Positions 1-11,100 of a stretch of 32,000 bases of DNA are shown in pieces. Source of the DNA: Cylindrospermopsis raciborskii Cr2010 (GTDB lineage Bacteria; Cyanobacteriota; Cyanobacteriia; Cyanobacteriales; Nostocaceae); the NCBI RefSeq assembly GCF_003367075.2, contig NZ_CP065936.1, forward strand, positions 2,550,001 through 2,582,000, in the 5' to 3' direction. The translations under genes and the position numbers were made by a program. The notes below the pieces were generated by a model. The model had not been told where the DNA came from. It saw only the letters and a program-made list of their open reading frames with translations, and ran no database searches. Position 1 is the stretch's first letter. Each line of letters starts with the position of its first letter.

Positions 1-1385
1 TCAAAACTAACCAAGGACAAACAATCAGGATTTTCTATCATTTCCTGAGACAATAAATATCCCGCAATAGTCCAAGTTTGGTACTTTCGCGCTTGTTTGC
101 CAATTAATCTACCCTTTTTACCATCATAATACTCTGGCCACTGATCCTCACTTAGTCTGGATTGGGCAATTTCTATCGCCTCTTGGGCCATACTCACTCT
201 TCCTGTTTTCACCGCTGCTGCAGCTAACATCCACATTAAAACCGGCCAATTTCCAGCATTGTGATAAGACCAAGGTATATTTTTAGGGTCACATCCTGTT
301 ACCACTCTGTACTCTTCATTTTCCAAAGCAGGGAAGCAAATCTTAATTGGCATATCCCCTACCAAATCTTCCCATCTTTTTTCAATTAAATTCATAACCG
401 CTTGTGCTTGTGTTTTTGTGGCTAAGTCACAAATCACTGCCATTAAATTACCCAGGGTAAAAAACCGGGTATCCAATTGAGAAGGTCCCACATTACCCGC
501 AAAGTAACCCCCCTTTCTTGGTAACCATTTATCTAAATTATAATAGGGTAGGGAATCAGCATATATATTGAAAAGGTTTACCGCAGTTTTTCCGTACTCT
601 TCACTCTTGAAGCGATAAATGTCACTGAGGCGATTAATATCTATCCAATAGTGTTCCCGAATATGTCCACCCAACAATGGTAATCTGTGGTCTATTGCTT
701 CTACTATATCCTCGTTACCTTCACAAACCAACAACTCCCTTGCTGCACGTAATGCAGCAAAAAACAACACTTGTATTTCCAGTGGATGTCCGTAAATACC
801 CATGCGCCTATCTATCATACAAGCACCATCTGGTACTAATATAGTAGGGTACATATCAAAGCGATTTGCTAAACAAATATCCATAATTAATCGAATACCT
901 GTTTGGAAATCGGGTCGGTAGGCTAAATCATAATCATTCGTACTTACCACATAAGCCCGTAATAAGATTAACCACCAAAAACAAGAGTCTACTGGGGTCA
1001 CCCTAGCTATGGCGTGTTCTCCAAAATCAGCCTCTAAATGCTCTTCACCATGGTTAGTGACAACTTTAAAGCTGGCTGGAATTAATCCTCTACCTGGTTT
1101 GTAGGGATTCAAGTCCTTTTGTTTAGGCTGTAACTTTAATGTGGCCTCTAGAAAATTTTTAACAATGTCCGTTCTTCCCTTAATCAAAAATACCAATGCT
1201 GAAGAAACAAAATCTCTGACGAAACACTGATCATAGTTTAAAGCTTCTACAGACTGGTCAACAGCTGCTAATGTGCCTACTGGTTGTTTCTGATAGTAAA
1301 GAATTGACTGTTCTAAGGAATGCCATGCTTCTGCTTCTATATTTGCCTTCACATTAGCATTTGTGCGTGACTCATTCACTTGCAT
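1..1385 (-). CDS. Alkaline/neutral invertase (glycoside hydrolase family 100), C-terminal end runs off the window
   Basis: Absent from the ORF track because it is open at the window edge. My reverse-strand translation from the ATG at 1385 gives [43 protein letters not shown]...[11 protein letters not shown]...[12 protein letters not shown]...[21 protein letters not shown]...[18 protein letters not shown]...[11 protein letters not shown]. These are typical cyanobacterial/plant neutral invertase motifs. The frame stays open for 461 codons to position 1. Confidence 0.85.
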   Translation of the reverse strand, partial: MQVNESRTNANVKANIEAEAWHSLEQSILYYQKQPVGTLAAVDQSVEALNYDQCFVRDFVSSALVFLIKGRTDIVKNFLEATLKLQPKQKDLNPYKPGRGLIPASFKVVTNHGEEHLEADFGEHAIARVTPVDSCFWWLILLRAYVVSTNDYDLAYRPDFQTGIRLIMDICLANRFDMYPTILVPDGACMIDRRMGIYGHPLEIQVLFFAALRAARELLVCEGNEDIVEAIDHRLPLLGGHIREHYWIDINRLSDIYRFKSEEYGKTAVNLFNIYADSLPYYNLDKWLPRKGGYFAGNVGPSQLDTRFFTLGNLMAVICDLATKTQAQAVMNLIEKRWEDLVGDMPIKICFPALENEEYRVVTGCDPKNIPWSYHNAGNWPVLMWMLAAAAVKTGRVSMAQEAIEIAQSRLSEDQWPEYYDGKKGRLIGKQARKYQTWTIAGYLLSQEMIENPDCLSLVSF

Positions 1386-1898
1386 GGTTAGAATAACTCC
1401 AAGATGGGAAATTTTTGCCGAAACTACCTGAGATCTTCCTTACTATTTCCAGGTCAATGATTTTGTCCATGGTAAACAGCACCGTCGACACAAAATGTCA
1501 AGAAAAAGCATTTATAACTCTTACACGCTAAATAAATATCAAAACTAATTCCAGCACTCTTAATCACCCCTCTCGGCAAATACGCAGAAAATAAGTAAGT
1601 TAATTTACACTGAACTTTAAGTAATTAGGAGACTTAGTACCTTGGCTATCTTAATAAATTTGGAATTATTTTCCTGTAACTTATCTCCTATAATTGAATA
1701 ATCTATGATCTTTGACCTAAAAATGCAATATAGGTCACCCAAAACTTAGCATGTTAAATTTGCAGAAACTACATAATTTAAGATACATGTGAATTGAATT
1801 TAGCGCGACTTGTCGATTCAACTCCCCCCAACTTTAGTTGCGGGAGGCTAAAAAACAACGGTAGAATGGTAGTTGGCAAAAAAAAATCACCAACAATT

Positions 1899-2906
1899 AT
1901 GGGTAAGCAACGCGTTTTGTCTGGAGTTCAACCAACTGGTAACTTACACTTAGGGAACTATTTAGGTGCTATTCGCAACTGGGTAGAGATGCAAGACCAG
2001 TATGATAATTTCTTTTGCGTGGTAGATTTACATGCTATCACTGTACCACATAACCCTGCCACTTTAGCAGCTGATACCTACACTATTGCAGCTTTATACT
2101 TAGCTTGTGGTATTGATTTACAGCACTCACATATTTTTGTACAGTCCCATGTACCTGCCCATAGTGAACTTTGTTGGTTACTAAACTGTATTACTCCTTT
2201 GAACTGGCTACAGGATATGATCCAGTTTAAGGAGAAGGCGGTTAAACAGGGAGAAAATGTTGGCACAGGTTTATTGATTTATCCGGTTTTAATGGCTGCT
2301 GATATTTTGCTGTATCAAGCAGATAAGGTACCAGTAGGTGAAGATCAAAAGCAACATTTAGAACTAGCCAGAGATATTGTTAATAGGTTTAATTACTTGT
2401 TTGCCCAAGAGAATCCCGTATTGAAGTTGCCTGCTCCTTTAATTAGGAAAGAGGGCGCCAGGGTAATGAGTTTAGCTGATGGTACTAAGAAAATGTCTAA
2501 GTCTGACCCTTCTGAATTGAGCAGAATTAATGTTTTGGATCCACCAGATCAAATTGCCAATAAAATTAAACGGTGTAAAACCGATCCAGTTCGGGGTTTG
2601 AGTTTTGATGACCCAGCACGTCCTGAATGTAATAATTTATTGACCTTGTATATGCTATTATCTGGCAAAACTAAGGAAGCAGTAGCTGGGGAGTGTGCTG
2701 ATATGGGATGGGGTAAGTTTAAACCTTTACTTACAGAAACAACTATTAACGCTCTAGAACCAATTCAAAACAAGTACAAAGAGATAAGAACAGAAAAGGG
2801 TTACTTAGAGTCTGTACTTAAAGCAGGTAGGGAAAAAGCTCAAGCTATAGCCAGTCAAACTTTAGCGGATGTTAAGAGGGCTTTGGGCTATACAGCACCA
2901 TTATAA
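1899..2906 (+). CDS. trpS: Tryptophanyl-tRNA synthetase
   Basis: The ORF 1794..2906 contains a class I aaRS HIGH-type motif (TGNLHLGNYLG) and KMSKS. I place the start at the ATG at 1899 (MGKQRVLSGVQPTG), giving about 335 aa, the normal TrpRS length. The upstream 35 codons look like a spurious extension. Confidence 0.93.
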   Translation: MGKQRVLSGVQPTGNLHLGNYLGAIRNWVEMQDQYDNFFCVVDLHAITVPHNPATLAADTYTIAALYLACGIDLQHSHIFVQSHVPAHSELCWLLNCITPLNWLQDMIQFKEKAVKQGENVGTGLLIYPVLMAADILLYQADKVPVGEDQKQHLELARDIVNRFNYLFAQENPVLKLPAPLIRKEGARVMSLADGTKKMSKSDPSELSRINVLDPPDQIANKIKRCKTDPVRGLSFDDPARPECNNLLTLYMLLSGKTKEAVAGECADMGWGKFKPLLTETTINALEPIQNKYKEIRTEKGYLESVLKAGREKAQAIASQTLADVKRALGYTAPL

Positions 2907-2944
2907 GCCTGAAAATAAAACCTTTCAAGTATAAAACTTTTACC

Positions 2945-3865
2945 ATGCAGGAAAATCACACCACTATCCATACTAGCAATTCTCTCACTAGCTTCCGTGA
3001 AGCGGTACAAGCAGGAGAATTTTTAATCACTGCAGAAGTTGCACCCCCAAAGGGAGGGGACATCAGCCATACTATTGCCATGTCAGCGACTCTTAAGGGG
3101 AGAGTTCATGCTGTTAATATTACTGATGGTAGTCGTGCTGTTTTGGGTATGTCACCTTTGGCAGTATGCGCCATTTTATGCCAACATGGAATTGAACCAA
3201 TCTGTCAGTTAGCTTGTCGCGATCGCAATAGAATTGGACTGCAAGCTGACTTGATGGGGGCCCATGCTCTGGGTATTAGGAATATTTTAGCTTTGACGGG
3301 TGATCCAGTCAAAGCTGGTGATCATCCGGATGCTAGAGCTGTTTTTGACCTGGAATCTGTCCGGTTATTACAATTAATTACTAATATGAACCAAGGACTA
3401 GATTTTAATCATAGGACCTTAGTTGATGGAGGTTTGGATTTGTTTGCTGGAGCAGCAGTGGATCCTCAATCTAAAAGTTGGTCTGGGTTACAGAGTAGAT
3501 TTGAAAGGAAAGTGCAAGCAGGGGCACAATTTTTTCAAAGTCAGCTAATTACTGATTTTGAAAAATTAGAGAAGTTTATGGATAAAATTGCTTCTAGTTA
3601 TAATAAACCCGTGTTAGCAGGTATTTTTCTGTTAAAATCAGCGAAAAATGCTCAGTTTATTAATAAGATGGTTCCTGGCGTTAATATACCCGACCATATT
3701 ATCCAGCGCCTAGCCAAAGCCAAATATCCTTTGGAAGAAGGTATGAAAATTGCCTCAGAACAGGTAAGAATGGCAAAAGATTTGTGTCAGGGTGTACATA
3801 TTATGGCAGTTAAAAAAGAAGAAGCGATCGCACCGATTTTAGACCTAGCTGGTGTTAGCAGGTAG
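2945..3865 (+). CDS. metF: 5,10-methylenetetrahydrofolate reductase
   Basis: 306 aa. It shows the MTHFR-family pattern (FLITAEVAPPKGGD, NITDG, LALTGDP, AGAQFFQSQ). Confidence 0.8.
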   Translation: MQENHTTIHTSNSLTSFREAVQAGEFLITAEVAPPKGGDISHTIAMSATLKGRVHAVNITDGSRAVLGMSPLAVCAILCQHGIEPICQLACRDRNRIGLQADLMGAHALGIRNILALTGDPVKAGDHPDARAVFDLESVRLLQLITNMNQGLDFNHRTLVDGGLDLFAGAAVDPQSKSWSGLQSRFERKVQAGAQFFQSQLITDFEKLEKFMDKIASSYNKPVLAGIFLLKSAKNAQFINKMVPGVNIPDHIIQRLAKAKYPLEEGMKIASEQVRMAKDLCQGVHIMAVKKEEAIAPILDLAGVSR

Positions 3866-3869
3866 TTAC

Positions 3870-4520
3870 TTATTCCTTTGGACTACTCTGTTTTCGGTTT
3901 TCCCCTCCTAGTTGTAGTCTTCCATTAGTGACAATTCGCAACATTTCTTGTAGATCCTCCTCGATATTTTGCAACACCCGATCTGCATATTCATCCGCGC
4001 CATTTTCGATTTCCCTAGCATGGGCGATCGCATTTTGGCGTGTCTCTTCCATTTCGTGGTCACAATCGCGTCGTTTACGTTCAATTTCTGCCAGAGTGTC
4101 TTGCATTATGGCATCACACTCCTGTTGTGCTTCACGACGGAGTTGAACAGTTTCCCGTTCTACTTGGCGAATAATATCGTTATCAGCCAAGATTTGAGAC
4201 CTTTTGACTTGTGCTGCTTCTATAACCTGTTGTGCATATTCTTCCGCTGACAATATAATCTCCTCCTTTTCTTGGAGAATTTCCGCTGCTTCCTGAAATA
4301 CAGAGGGTAAAGAAACCCGAATAAAATCTAACTGCTCTAGGAACTTATCCTCATCAATAAGGGTACGACTGATAAAGGGTATTTGCATCCCAGAGAGGAT
4401 AATATCTTCCAGACGGTTAAGCTCCTGGAGAATGTCTACTACTCTCTGGGGGTGGGAATATTCGGGAACTGGGAGATCCTGGTCATTGGGTTTTCGGATA
4501 GAGGGATTTGGCTGTAGCAT
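3870..4520 (-). CDS. DivIVA-like coiled-coil protein (function uncertain)
   Basis: 216 aa. A long heptad-rich E/Q/R helical region follows an N-terminal segment ([16 protein letters not shown]...[13 protein letters not shown]) that resembles DivIVA N-domains. The first ATG overlaps the coaD 3' end by 82 nt, and the next in-frame ATG is at 4388. Confidence 0.5.
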   Translation of the reverse strand: MLQPNPSIRKPNDQDLPVPEYSHPQRVVDILQELNRLEDIILSGMQIPFISRTLIDEDKFLEQLDFIRVSLPSVFQEAAEILQEKEEIILSAEEYAQQVIEAAQVKRSQILADNDIIRQVERETVQLRREAQQECDAIMQDTLAEIERKRRDCDHEMEETRQNAIAHAREIENGADEYADRVLQNIEEDLQEMLRIVTNGRLQLGGENRKQSSPKE

Positions 4521-4981
4521 TGGTATATATCCATAGCAATGTGCGGGGGAACAAGATGGTCGACAGATCCACCGAACCTGGCAATTTCTTTCACCACACT
4601 ACTACTTAAAAAGCTATGCTCATTAGAGGTGGCGAGAAAAACAGTTTCGACCTGAGTTGAAAGGGTTTTATTAGTATGGGCCATTTGTAACTCTATCTCA
4701 AAATCAGAAACAGCTCGCAAACCACGTAATAAAACCCCCGCTTGTCGCATTTGGGCATAGTTAACCGTTAATCCATCAAAACTATCCACCTCTACGCTGG
4801 GTAAATGGCTAGTAGCTGAACTAATCTGCTTCAGACGCTGCTCCACAGTAAACAATGGAGTTTTGTTAGGATTGCGCAGAACAGCAACAATGACCCGACT
4901 AAATAGCCGAGTAGCTCGTTCAATAAGATCAAGGTGTCCCAAGGTAATAGGGTCAAAGCTGCCAGGATAAATAGCAATCAT
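4439..4981 (-). CDS. coaD: Phosphopantetheine adenylyltransferase
   Basis: [23 protein letters not shown] (nucleotidyltransferase T/HxGH motif), followed by [13 protein letters not shown]. At 180 aa it has a C-terminal tail about 20 aa longer than E. coli CoaD. Confidence 0.93.
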   Translation of the reverse strand: MIAIYPGSFDPITLGHLDLIERATRLFSRVIVAVLRNPNKTPLFTVEQRLKQISSATSHLPSVEVDSFDGLTVNYAQMRQAGVLLRGLRAVSDFEIELQMAHTNKTLSTQVETVFLATSNEHSFLSSSVVKEIARFGGSVDHLVPPHIAMDIYQCYSQIPLSENPMTRISQFPNIPTPRE

Positions 4982-5159
4982 GTTGAATAGAAATTAGAAA
5001 GATTTCAGGTTCGCGTACACTGTTTAATACCCTTAGAGGAACAGGCTTTTTAAGTGAATGATGGAATTTATTGATTAATATGTCGTGATATTGTACATTA
5101 GTTACATAAATTTTGCAATTGTTTCCTGTGAAGTAGAAACATATTGTTTGGTAACTTGC

Positions 5160-6029
5160 ATGGTAGTAGATTTCTCCGCCTTACTGTTAGGGTTCGAGTT
5201 CACCTCCCCAGGTCCCGTAGTACCTGGATTAGAATTTGGACCATTTGTTATTCGTTGGTATGGATTGCTAATTGCATCAGCCGTATTAATTGGCGTTAGT
5301 CTTGCCCAGCATCTGGCCAAACGTCGTCATTTACATCCCGATATCATCAGTGATTTATCCGTTTGGCTGGTAGTGGGAGCTATTCCAGCTGCGAGATTAT
5401 ATTATGTCCTATTTCAATGGTCAGAATATTCCCGTTCTCCCGGGAGAATCCTAGCCATTTGGCAAGGTGGTATAGCCATTCATGGAGCCATTCTTGGCGG
5501 TATTATAGCCGCTTTAATCTTTGCCAGACTTAAAAGAATATCTTTTTGGCAATTGGCAGATTTAGTCGCGCCTTCTCTGATTTTAGGTCAAGCTATTGGA
5601 CGTTGGGGGAATTTCTTTAATTCTGAAGCTTTTGGTGATCCTACAGATTTGCCTTGGAAACTATATATTCCACCAGAACATCGTCCTCCTGCTTTGGTAA
5701 ATTTTGAGTATTTCCACCCCACCTTTTTATATGAATCCCTGTGGAATTTGATGGTATTTGCTCTATTACTAACTTTATTTTTTCGGAGTTTATCTGGCAA
5801 ACCAGAATTAAAAACCGGAACCTTATTTTTGGTTTACTGGGTAGCCTATAGTATAGGAAGATTTGCTATTGAAGGTTTACGTACGGATAGTCTCATGTTA
5901 GGTTCTCTAAGAATTGCCCAATTGGTTAGCTTAACGGGAATAGTAGTGGGTTTAGCCGGTTTAGTCTGGCTTTATGTATACAAACGCTCCCTACCTGATG
6001 TAGTATCTCCTAGTTATAACCACCAATAA
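5160..6029 (+). CDS. lgt: Prolipoprotein diacylglyceryl transferase
   Basis: Polytopic membrane protein with the Lgt signatures [22 protein letters not shown] and [12 protein letters not shown] prefer the ATG at 5160 over the track start at 5085. Confidence 0.88.
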   Translation: MVVDFSALLLGFEFTSPGPVVPGLEFGPFVIRWYGLLIASAVLIGVSLAQHLAKRRHLHPDIISDLSVWLVVGAIPAARLYYVLFQWSEYSRSPGRILAIWQGGIAIHGAILGGIIAALIFARLKRISFWQLADLVAPSLILGQAIGRWGNFFNSEAFGDPTDLPWKLYIPPEHRPPALVNFEYFHPTFLYESLWNLMVFALLLTLFFRSLSGKPELKTGTLFLVYWVAYSIGRFAIEGLRTDSLMLGSLRIAQLVSLTGIVVGLAGLVWLYVYKRSLPDVVSPSYNHQ

Positions 6030-6179
6030 AAAATGCCCCAGAGTGTTCTCCAGGGCTTAACCAGGGTGCATCTACCATATCTTTCTACCACTCGCAAGCG
6101 GTGAATCCGGAAAACCATGGCGGAAATATTGAGAAATTTCATGGGAAAATTGGCAGAAGTTTCCTATTTTGGATGCAAC

Positions 6180-6953
6180 ATGATTAACTCCTTAAAACCA
6201 GCAGTGTATATTGTGGGTGCAGGACCTGGAGACCCAGATTTATTGACAGTGAAAGCACAAAGGCTATTAGCTGCTGCTGATTTGGTACTTTTCGCTGACT
6301 CTTTGGTTCCCCAACAGATCCTGGATATTTGTCGTCCAGATGCACAAGTTATCGGTACCGCCACCAAAACTTTAGAGGAGATTGTAGGCACAATTATAGC
6401 AGCAGTTCAATCTAATAAGTTTGTTGTACGTCTTCACTCAGGAGATGTTAGTTTATATAGTGCTATTCACGAACAAATTGAATTACTTAACGCTTCGAAT
6501 ATACCTTTTGAAATAGTACCTGGAGTTAGTGCCTTTCAAGCTGCTGCGGCAAAATTAAAAGTAGAGTTGACAGTTCCTGATTTGGTGCAAAGTATTATTC
6601 TCACTCGGGTGAGTGGAAGAACAAAAGTACCAGATCAGGAACAATTGGCCAGTTTAGCAGCACATCAAGCTAGTCTGTGTTTATATTTGAGTGCACGTCA
6701 TGTAGCTAGTGCCCAAAACCAACTTTTACAACATTATCCTCCACAAACTCCCGTAGCTATTTGTTTTCGCGTAGGATGGCCCGACGAAAAGATCTTTATT
6801 GTCCCCCTAGAGAAAATGGCAGAGTCCACCGATGAACAAAAACTGCTGCGCACCACTTTGTATATAATCAGCCCCGCACTGTCTACCGTAAGTGGGCGAT
6901 CGCATCTATATGATGCCAAATATAATCATTTATTTCGTGTTTCTACACAATAG
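6180..6953 (+). CDS. cobM: Precorrin-4 C11-methyltransferase (CobM/CbiF)
   Basis: VYIVGAGPGDPDLLTVKA tetrapyrrole methylase motif with CobM/CbiF-like length. I prefer the start at 6180 (MINSLKP). Confidence 0.8.
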   Translation: MINSLKPAVYIVGAGPGDPDLLTVKAQRLLAAADLVLFADSLVPQQILDICRPDAQVIGTATKTLEEIVGTIIAAVQSNKFVVRLHSGDVSLYSAIHEQIELLNASNIPFEIVPGVSAFQAAAAKLKVELTVPDLVQSIILTRVSGRTKVPDQEQLASLAAHQASLCLYLSARHVASAQNQLLQHYPPQTPVAICFRVGWPDEKIFIVPLEKMAESTDEQKLLRTTLYIISPALSTVSGRSHLYDAKYNHLFRVSTQ

Positions 6954-6960
6954 ATTTCCA

Positions 6961-7371
6961 ATGGAAAAGAGTCATATCCAACTTCCAGGCTATAAAATAC
7001 TTGAGGTAATTCACGTTAGCAGCAGAACCAGTGTATATCGAGGTGAACAAGAAACAACTAAAAGATCGGTAATTATAAAAACTGCTAACGCCCAATATCC
7101 CCCATTAAATGAATTGATAGCCTTAAAAAATCAATTTGCCATTACTCAAAAAATTGACCATCCCCATATTATTAAATCCTATACTTTAGAACCTTATGGT
7201 AATAGTTACGCCCTAATTGGTGAGGATATAGGTGGTATATCAGTTTACAACTATGCCCAATCTCAACCACTGGCACTAAATATGTTTTTAAAAATTGCCA
7301 TTGCAGTGGTGAAAGCACTGGAGTATTTGTATAATTACAAAATTATCCATAAAGATATTAAACCAAAAAAC
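6961..7371 (+). pseudogene. 5' fragment (137 codons) of an HstK-type Ser/Thr-kinase/histidine-kinase gene, truncated by the IS insertion
   Basis: The fragment carries protein kinase subdomains I-VIb (LPGYKILEVIH, VIIKT, HKDIKPKN). The reading frame then enters the IS left end and stops after GVA. Confidence 0.8.
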
Positions 7372-8127
7372 GGCGTTGCATAATAGAGGTATGAATTGAG
7401 GTAATCTACTGTGCATTGTCCAAACTGCGGGTCTTCCAAAATCAGAAAGAATGGCAAACGTCGAGGTAAACAAAATCACATTTGTGTTGATTGTGGTCGT
7501 CAATTTATCGATGTCTATAGTCCACCTAAAGGCTATTCAGAAGAAGTTAAACAAAGTTGCCTGCGCTCTTATGTTAACGGTATGGGATTTAGAGCAATTG
7601 AACGCGATAAAGGCGTTCATCATACAACTATTATTTACTGGCTAAAACAAATTGGTTCCATACTTCCAGATGCTCCACCAGTTGAGGAAACACCCTTGGT
7701 AGGTGAGCTTGATGAGTTGGAGACCTTTGTGGGATCAAAAAAAAACAAAATATGGTTGTGGACAGCAGTAAATCACTTCCGTAAAAATATCCTGGCTTGG
7801 GTTGTGGGAGACCACAGCTCACAAGCATTTCAACCTTTGTGGGACATCGTTAAACTCTGGCAATGCTTTTTTTATGTTACTGATGGGTGGAGGGTTTATC
7901 CGAGTTTTATTCAGCCAGAGGATCATATTGTGAGCAAAACATATATGACTAGGGTAGAGGGTGAAAATACACGTTTACGTCACTACTTAGCGCGACTACA
8001 TAGAAAAACGCTATGCTATTCAAAATCTGTAGATATGCTTAGGTATTCAATTAAATTATTACTTCACTATTTAAAGTATGAAGTAATACCCGCGTTTAGT
8101 TGATTCATCCCGCAAATATGCAACGCC
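7372..8127 (+). mobile_element. IS1-family insertion sequence, 756 bp
   Basis: The terminal inverted repeats are imperfect. The left end is GGCGTTGCATAATAGAGGTATGAATTGAGG (from 7372). The reverse complement of the right end is GGCGTTGCATATTTGCGGGATGAATCAACT (ending at 8127). There is a single transposase ORF inside and no flanking direct repeat. Confidence 0.85.
7411..8103 (+). CDS. IS1-family transposase (fused InsAB-type, single ORF)
   Basis: 230 aa with a GTG start. It has an N-terminal zinc finger (CPNCGS...CVDCG), an HTH region (HHTTIIYWLKQ) and DDE-type motifs (DELETFVG, VTDGWRVY, EGENTRLRHYLARLHRKT). Confidence 0.9.
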   Translation: MHCPNCGSSKIRKNGKRRGKQNHICVDCGRQFIDVYSPPKGYSEEVKQSCLRSYVNGMGFRAIERDKGVHHTTIIYWLKQIGSILPDAPPVEETPLVGELDELETFVGSKKNKIWLWTAVNHFRKNILAWVVGDHSSQAFQPLWDIVKLWQCFFYVTDGWRVYPSFIQPEDHIVSKTYMTRVEGENTRLRHYLARLHRKTLCYSKSVDMLRYSIKLLLHYLKYEVIPAFS

Positions 8128-11100
8128 TTAGCAACACAAATCCACAAATTACCCGTTGCTACACAGGAAGTGCTAAAGATCGCTGCTTGCATTGGTAATG
8201 AGTTTGATTTATTAACCCTAGCCATTACTTGTGAGAAGTCCCAGCTGGAAATAGCATCCAACTTGCAGAATGCTTTGACCGCAGAACTGATTATTCCTCA
8301 AGACGAAAAACACAATTTATTATATCCTGAAACCTATCAAAATGATTACATCAAAAAATACAAATTCTTCCATGATCGAGTACAGCAAGCAGCCTATTTA
8401 TTAATTCCAGATAACGAGAAAGAATCAACCCATTGGCATCTTGGTCAATTAATTTATGAATACTCTAAAAATAGAGATAAAAAGGAACTAGAAGAAAAAA
8501 TATTTATTATAGCTAATCAATTAAATGTGGCCAGAACAATAATTGACACAGCAAGGGAAGTAGAAAAATATCAATTGGCTGAACTGAACTTAATAGCAGG
8601 TCATAAAGCCAAACTATCAACAGCGTACGAAGCTGCTATTAATTACTTAAGATTTGCCTTAGAAATTTTACCAGCAAATAGCTGGGAAACTCATTATTAT
8701 CTAACTTTAAACTTGTACTTAGAAGCAGTAGAAGTAGAATTTCTCAACATCAATTTTGACCGGGCAGAAATCTATATTGAATTGGTCCAACAAAAGGCAG
8801 TTACCCTCCTTGATCAAGTACCTGTATATGAGATACAAATTCAAATATATATGGCAAAAGTCCAAATAAAATTGGCAATTGAAACAGGTATACATATTAT
8901 CAATATGTTGGGAATTCAATTGGTAGAAGAATCACCTAAAATTCTCAAGAATCAGAATCAAAACTATGTGGATGAACTAATTAATTTACCTGTCATGACT
9001 GCACCTGATAAAATAGCAGCCATGCGAATACTAGGAAATATTACCACCGCTACCTATTGTTTTGACCTAAAACTATTTGACAGAATAGTTTTTACGATGA
9101 TCCATTTATCATTACAATATGGTAATTGTTCAACTTCTGCTTCTGGTTATGCCCATTATGGTCTGTTATTATGTAGAGTTGCTGGCAATATTGACAATGG
9201 ATACCGTTATGGTCAATTGGCATTGAATTTAGCCAACAGGTTTAATACTCAGGAAGTTAAATGTGTGGTTCTCTTAACTTGTAACTCAAACATTAATTTC
9301 TGGAAAAATCACTTACAACAAACCATAACTAGTTTATCAGAATGCATGAATTATGGCATGGAAACTGGCGATTTAGAGCATGTCGGTTACGCATCTGCTA
9401 TCTATAATCAAAATAAATTTTTAATTGGTGAAAATTTAACCTTTCTTTTACAGGAATTGGAAACCCATATAAATTTAATGTATAGATTTAAACAACAGGG
9501 CGCAGTTCTAGTACATTTAATTTGGAAGCAATTAGTTTTAGAGTTGTTAAATTATGATCCCAGTTCTGGTTCTTTTCATAATTCATTTGATAATACTGAA
9601 TTGTTATCAATCTTAATCCAATCCAAAGCTTCTACTCTAATATTCACATTCTACTTGGCTAAAACTATATTTTTCTACCTATTCCATAACCATCAAAAAT
9701 CTTTAGAAGCTGTTCTTCAAATGACTGAACATTTGAACTACGTCTTCACTCAGATTGGTTGTAGCCAATATAATTTTTATTATTCTTTGGTTCTGTTGGG
9801 TGAATGCTCCCAAAAATCACATGCAAATCAAGAAAATTTAGAAAAATATCTAGGAACGGTTAAAGTCAATCAAGAATCTATGGCAATATGGGCCAGTCAA
9901 TGTCCAGAAAATTATCAACATAAGTATGATCTAATAGCAGCAGAAATGGCAAGAGTTCTCAGCAATTATTGGCAAGCAGGTGAACTTTATGACCAGGCTA
10001 TTATGGGTGCTAGAAAAAATAGATACATTCAGGAAGAAGCTCTGGCAAATGAGTTGGCTGCTAGATTCTATCTTAGTTGTGGTAGGAACAAAATTGCTCA
10101 AACTTACTTAATTGATGCTTATTATTGTTATGTGAATTGGGGAGCTAAATCAAAAGTAATCGATCTGGAAATATCTTATCCTGAATTACTTGCTCCTGTC
10201 CTCAAACCCAGAACAATAATTGCAGAAGAAACGAATTTTATGACTAAAATTATGGATAGCAACAAAAATGTATCAGCTATTCTAGATTTGGAAACAGTTA
10301 CAAAAGCATCCTTAGCCATTTCATCAGAAATAAAAATAGATAAATTGCTGGGTACTCTATTGAATGTAATTATTGAAAATACAGGAGCAAAAAAAGCCAC
10401 GTTAATTCTTAAAAAAGACTCCAACTTGTTTACTGTAGTACAAGAAAATCAAAATACCGGTTGGGAACTTATACCAATTAAGGATAGTCAGGATATCCCA
10501 ATCAATATAATCAATTATGTCAACAACACTCAAAATGAGATACTTATTGATAGTAATAGTATAGATAAAAAATTTGCTATAGATCCTTATATTATCAAAT
10601 ATCAGCCCAAGTCTATACTGTGTAATCCTATATTAAAGCATGGACAACTTATGGGTATAATTTATCTGGAAAATCGCTTGACTACAGGTGCATTTACTCC
10701 CGACAGACTGAAAGTTTTAAAACTACTATCTTCCCAAGCAGCTATTTCTTTAGAGAATGCTGAACTATATGAAAGGTTGGAAGAAAAAGTCGCCATTAGA
10801 ACTAAGGAGTTAAATGATAATAATCTCCATCTGGAAAAAACTTTACAGGAGTTAAAATCTACCCAAATGCAGTTGATTCACACGGAAAAAATGTCCAGTC
10901 TAGGGCAAATGGTAGCTAGTATCGCTCATGAAATCAACAATCCTGTCAATTTTATATATGCTAATGTTGATCACGCCATTGACTACATTCAATACCTACT
11001 AGATTTACTCAATATCTATCAACAAGAATATCCCACTCCCCACCAGATAATTGTAGAAAAAATTAAGTCTATAAATGTTGATTTTTTAGTAGCTGATTTA

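Noticed and set aside
1595-1608. A perfect NtcA-type palindrome, GTA-N8-TAC (GTAAGTTAATTTAC), in the 500 bp region between the invertase and trpS genes.
   Set aside because: I could not find a TAN3T -10 box at the canonical spacing of about 22 nt in either orientation. In AT-rich DNA this 6-specified-base pattern is expected several times per 32 kb by chance. It is worth a glance only if transcription-start data exist.
1794-1898. N-terminal extensions in the track ORFs: trpS 1794, lgt 5085, cobM 6117, the kinase fragment 6892, hemB 15139 and ureA 31337.
   Set aside because: In each case an internal ATG lines up with the conserved N-terminus of the family. For ureA that ATG also has a strong AGGAGG RBS. 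The extensions either overlap the upstream gene or encode non-conserved sequence.
6030-6179. Possible cobalamin riboswitch upstream of cobM (contains GGTGAATCCGG and CCACTCG, which are reminiscent of B12-element pieces).
   Set aside because: The region is too short (about 150 nt). The B12-box-like piece lies on the wrong side of the GGTGAATCC piece, and I could not build the conserved helices. An Infernal scan with the Rfam cobalamin model would settle it.
7451-7645. A 64 aa alternate-frame ORF inside the IS, considered as a possible separate insA-like gene.
   Set aside because: The zinc-finger and HTH parts are already encoded in the main 230 aa frame, which runs uninterrupted into the DDE domain. 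The alternate-frame product has no recognisable motif.
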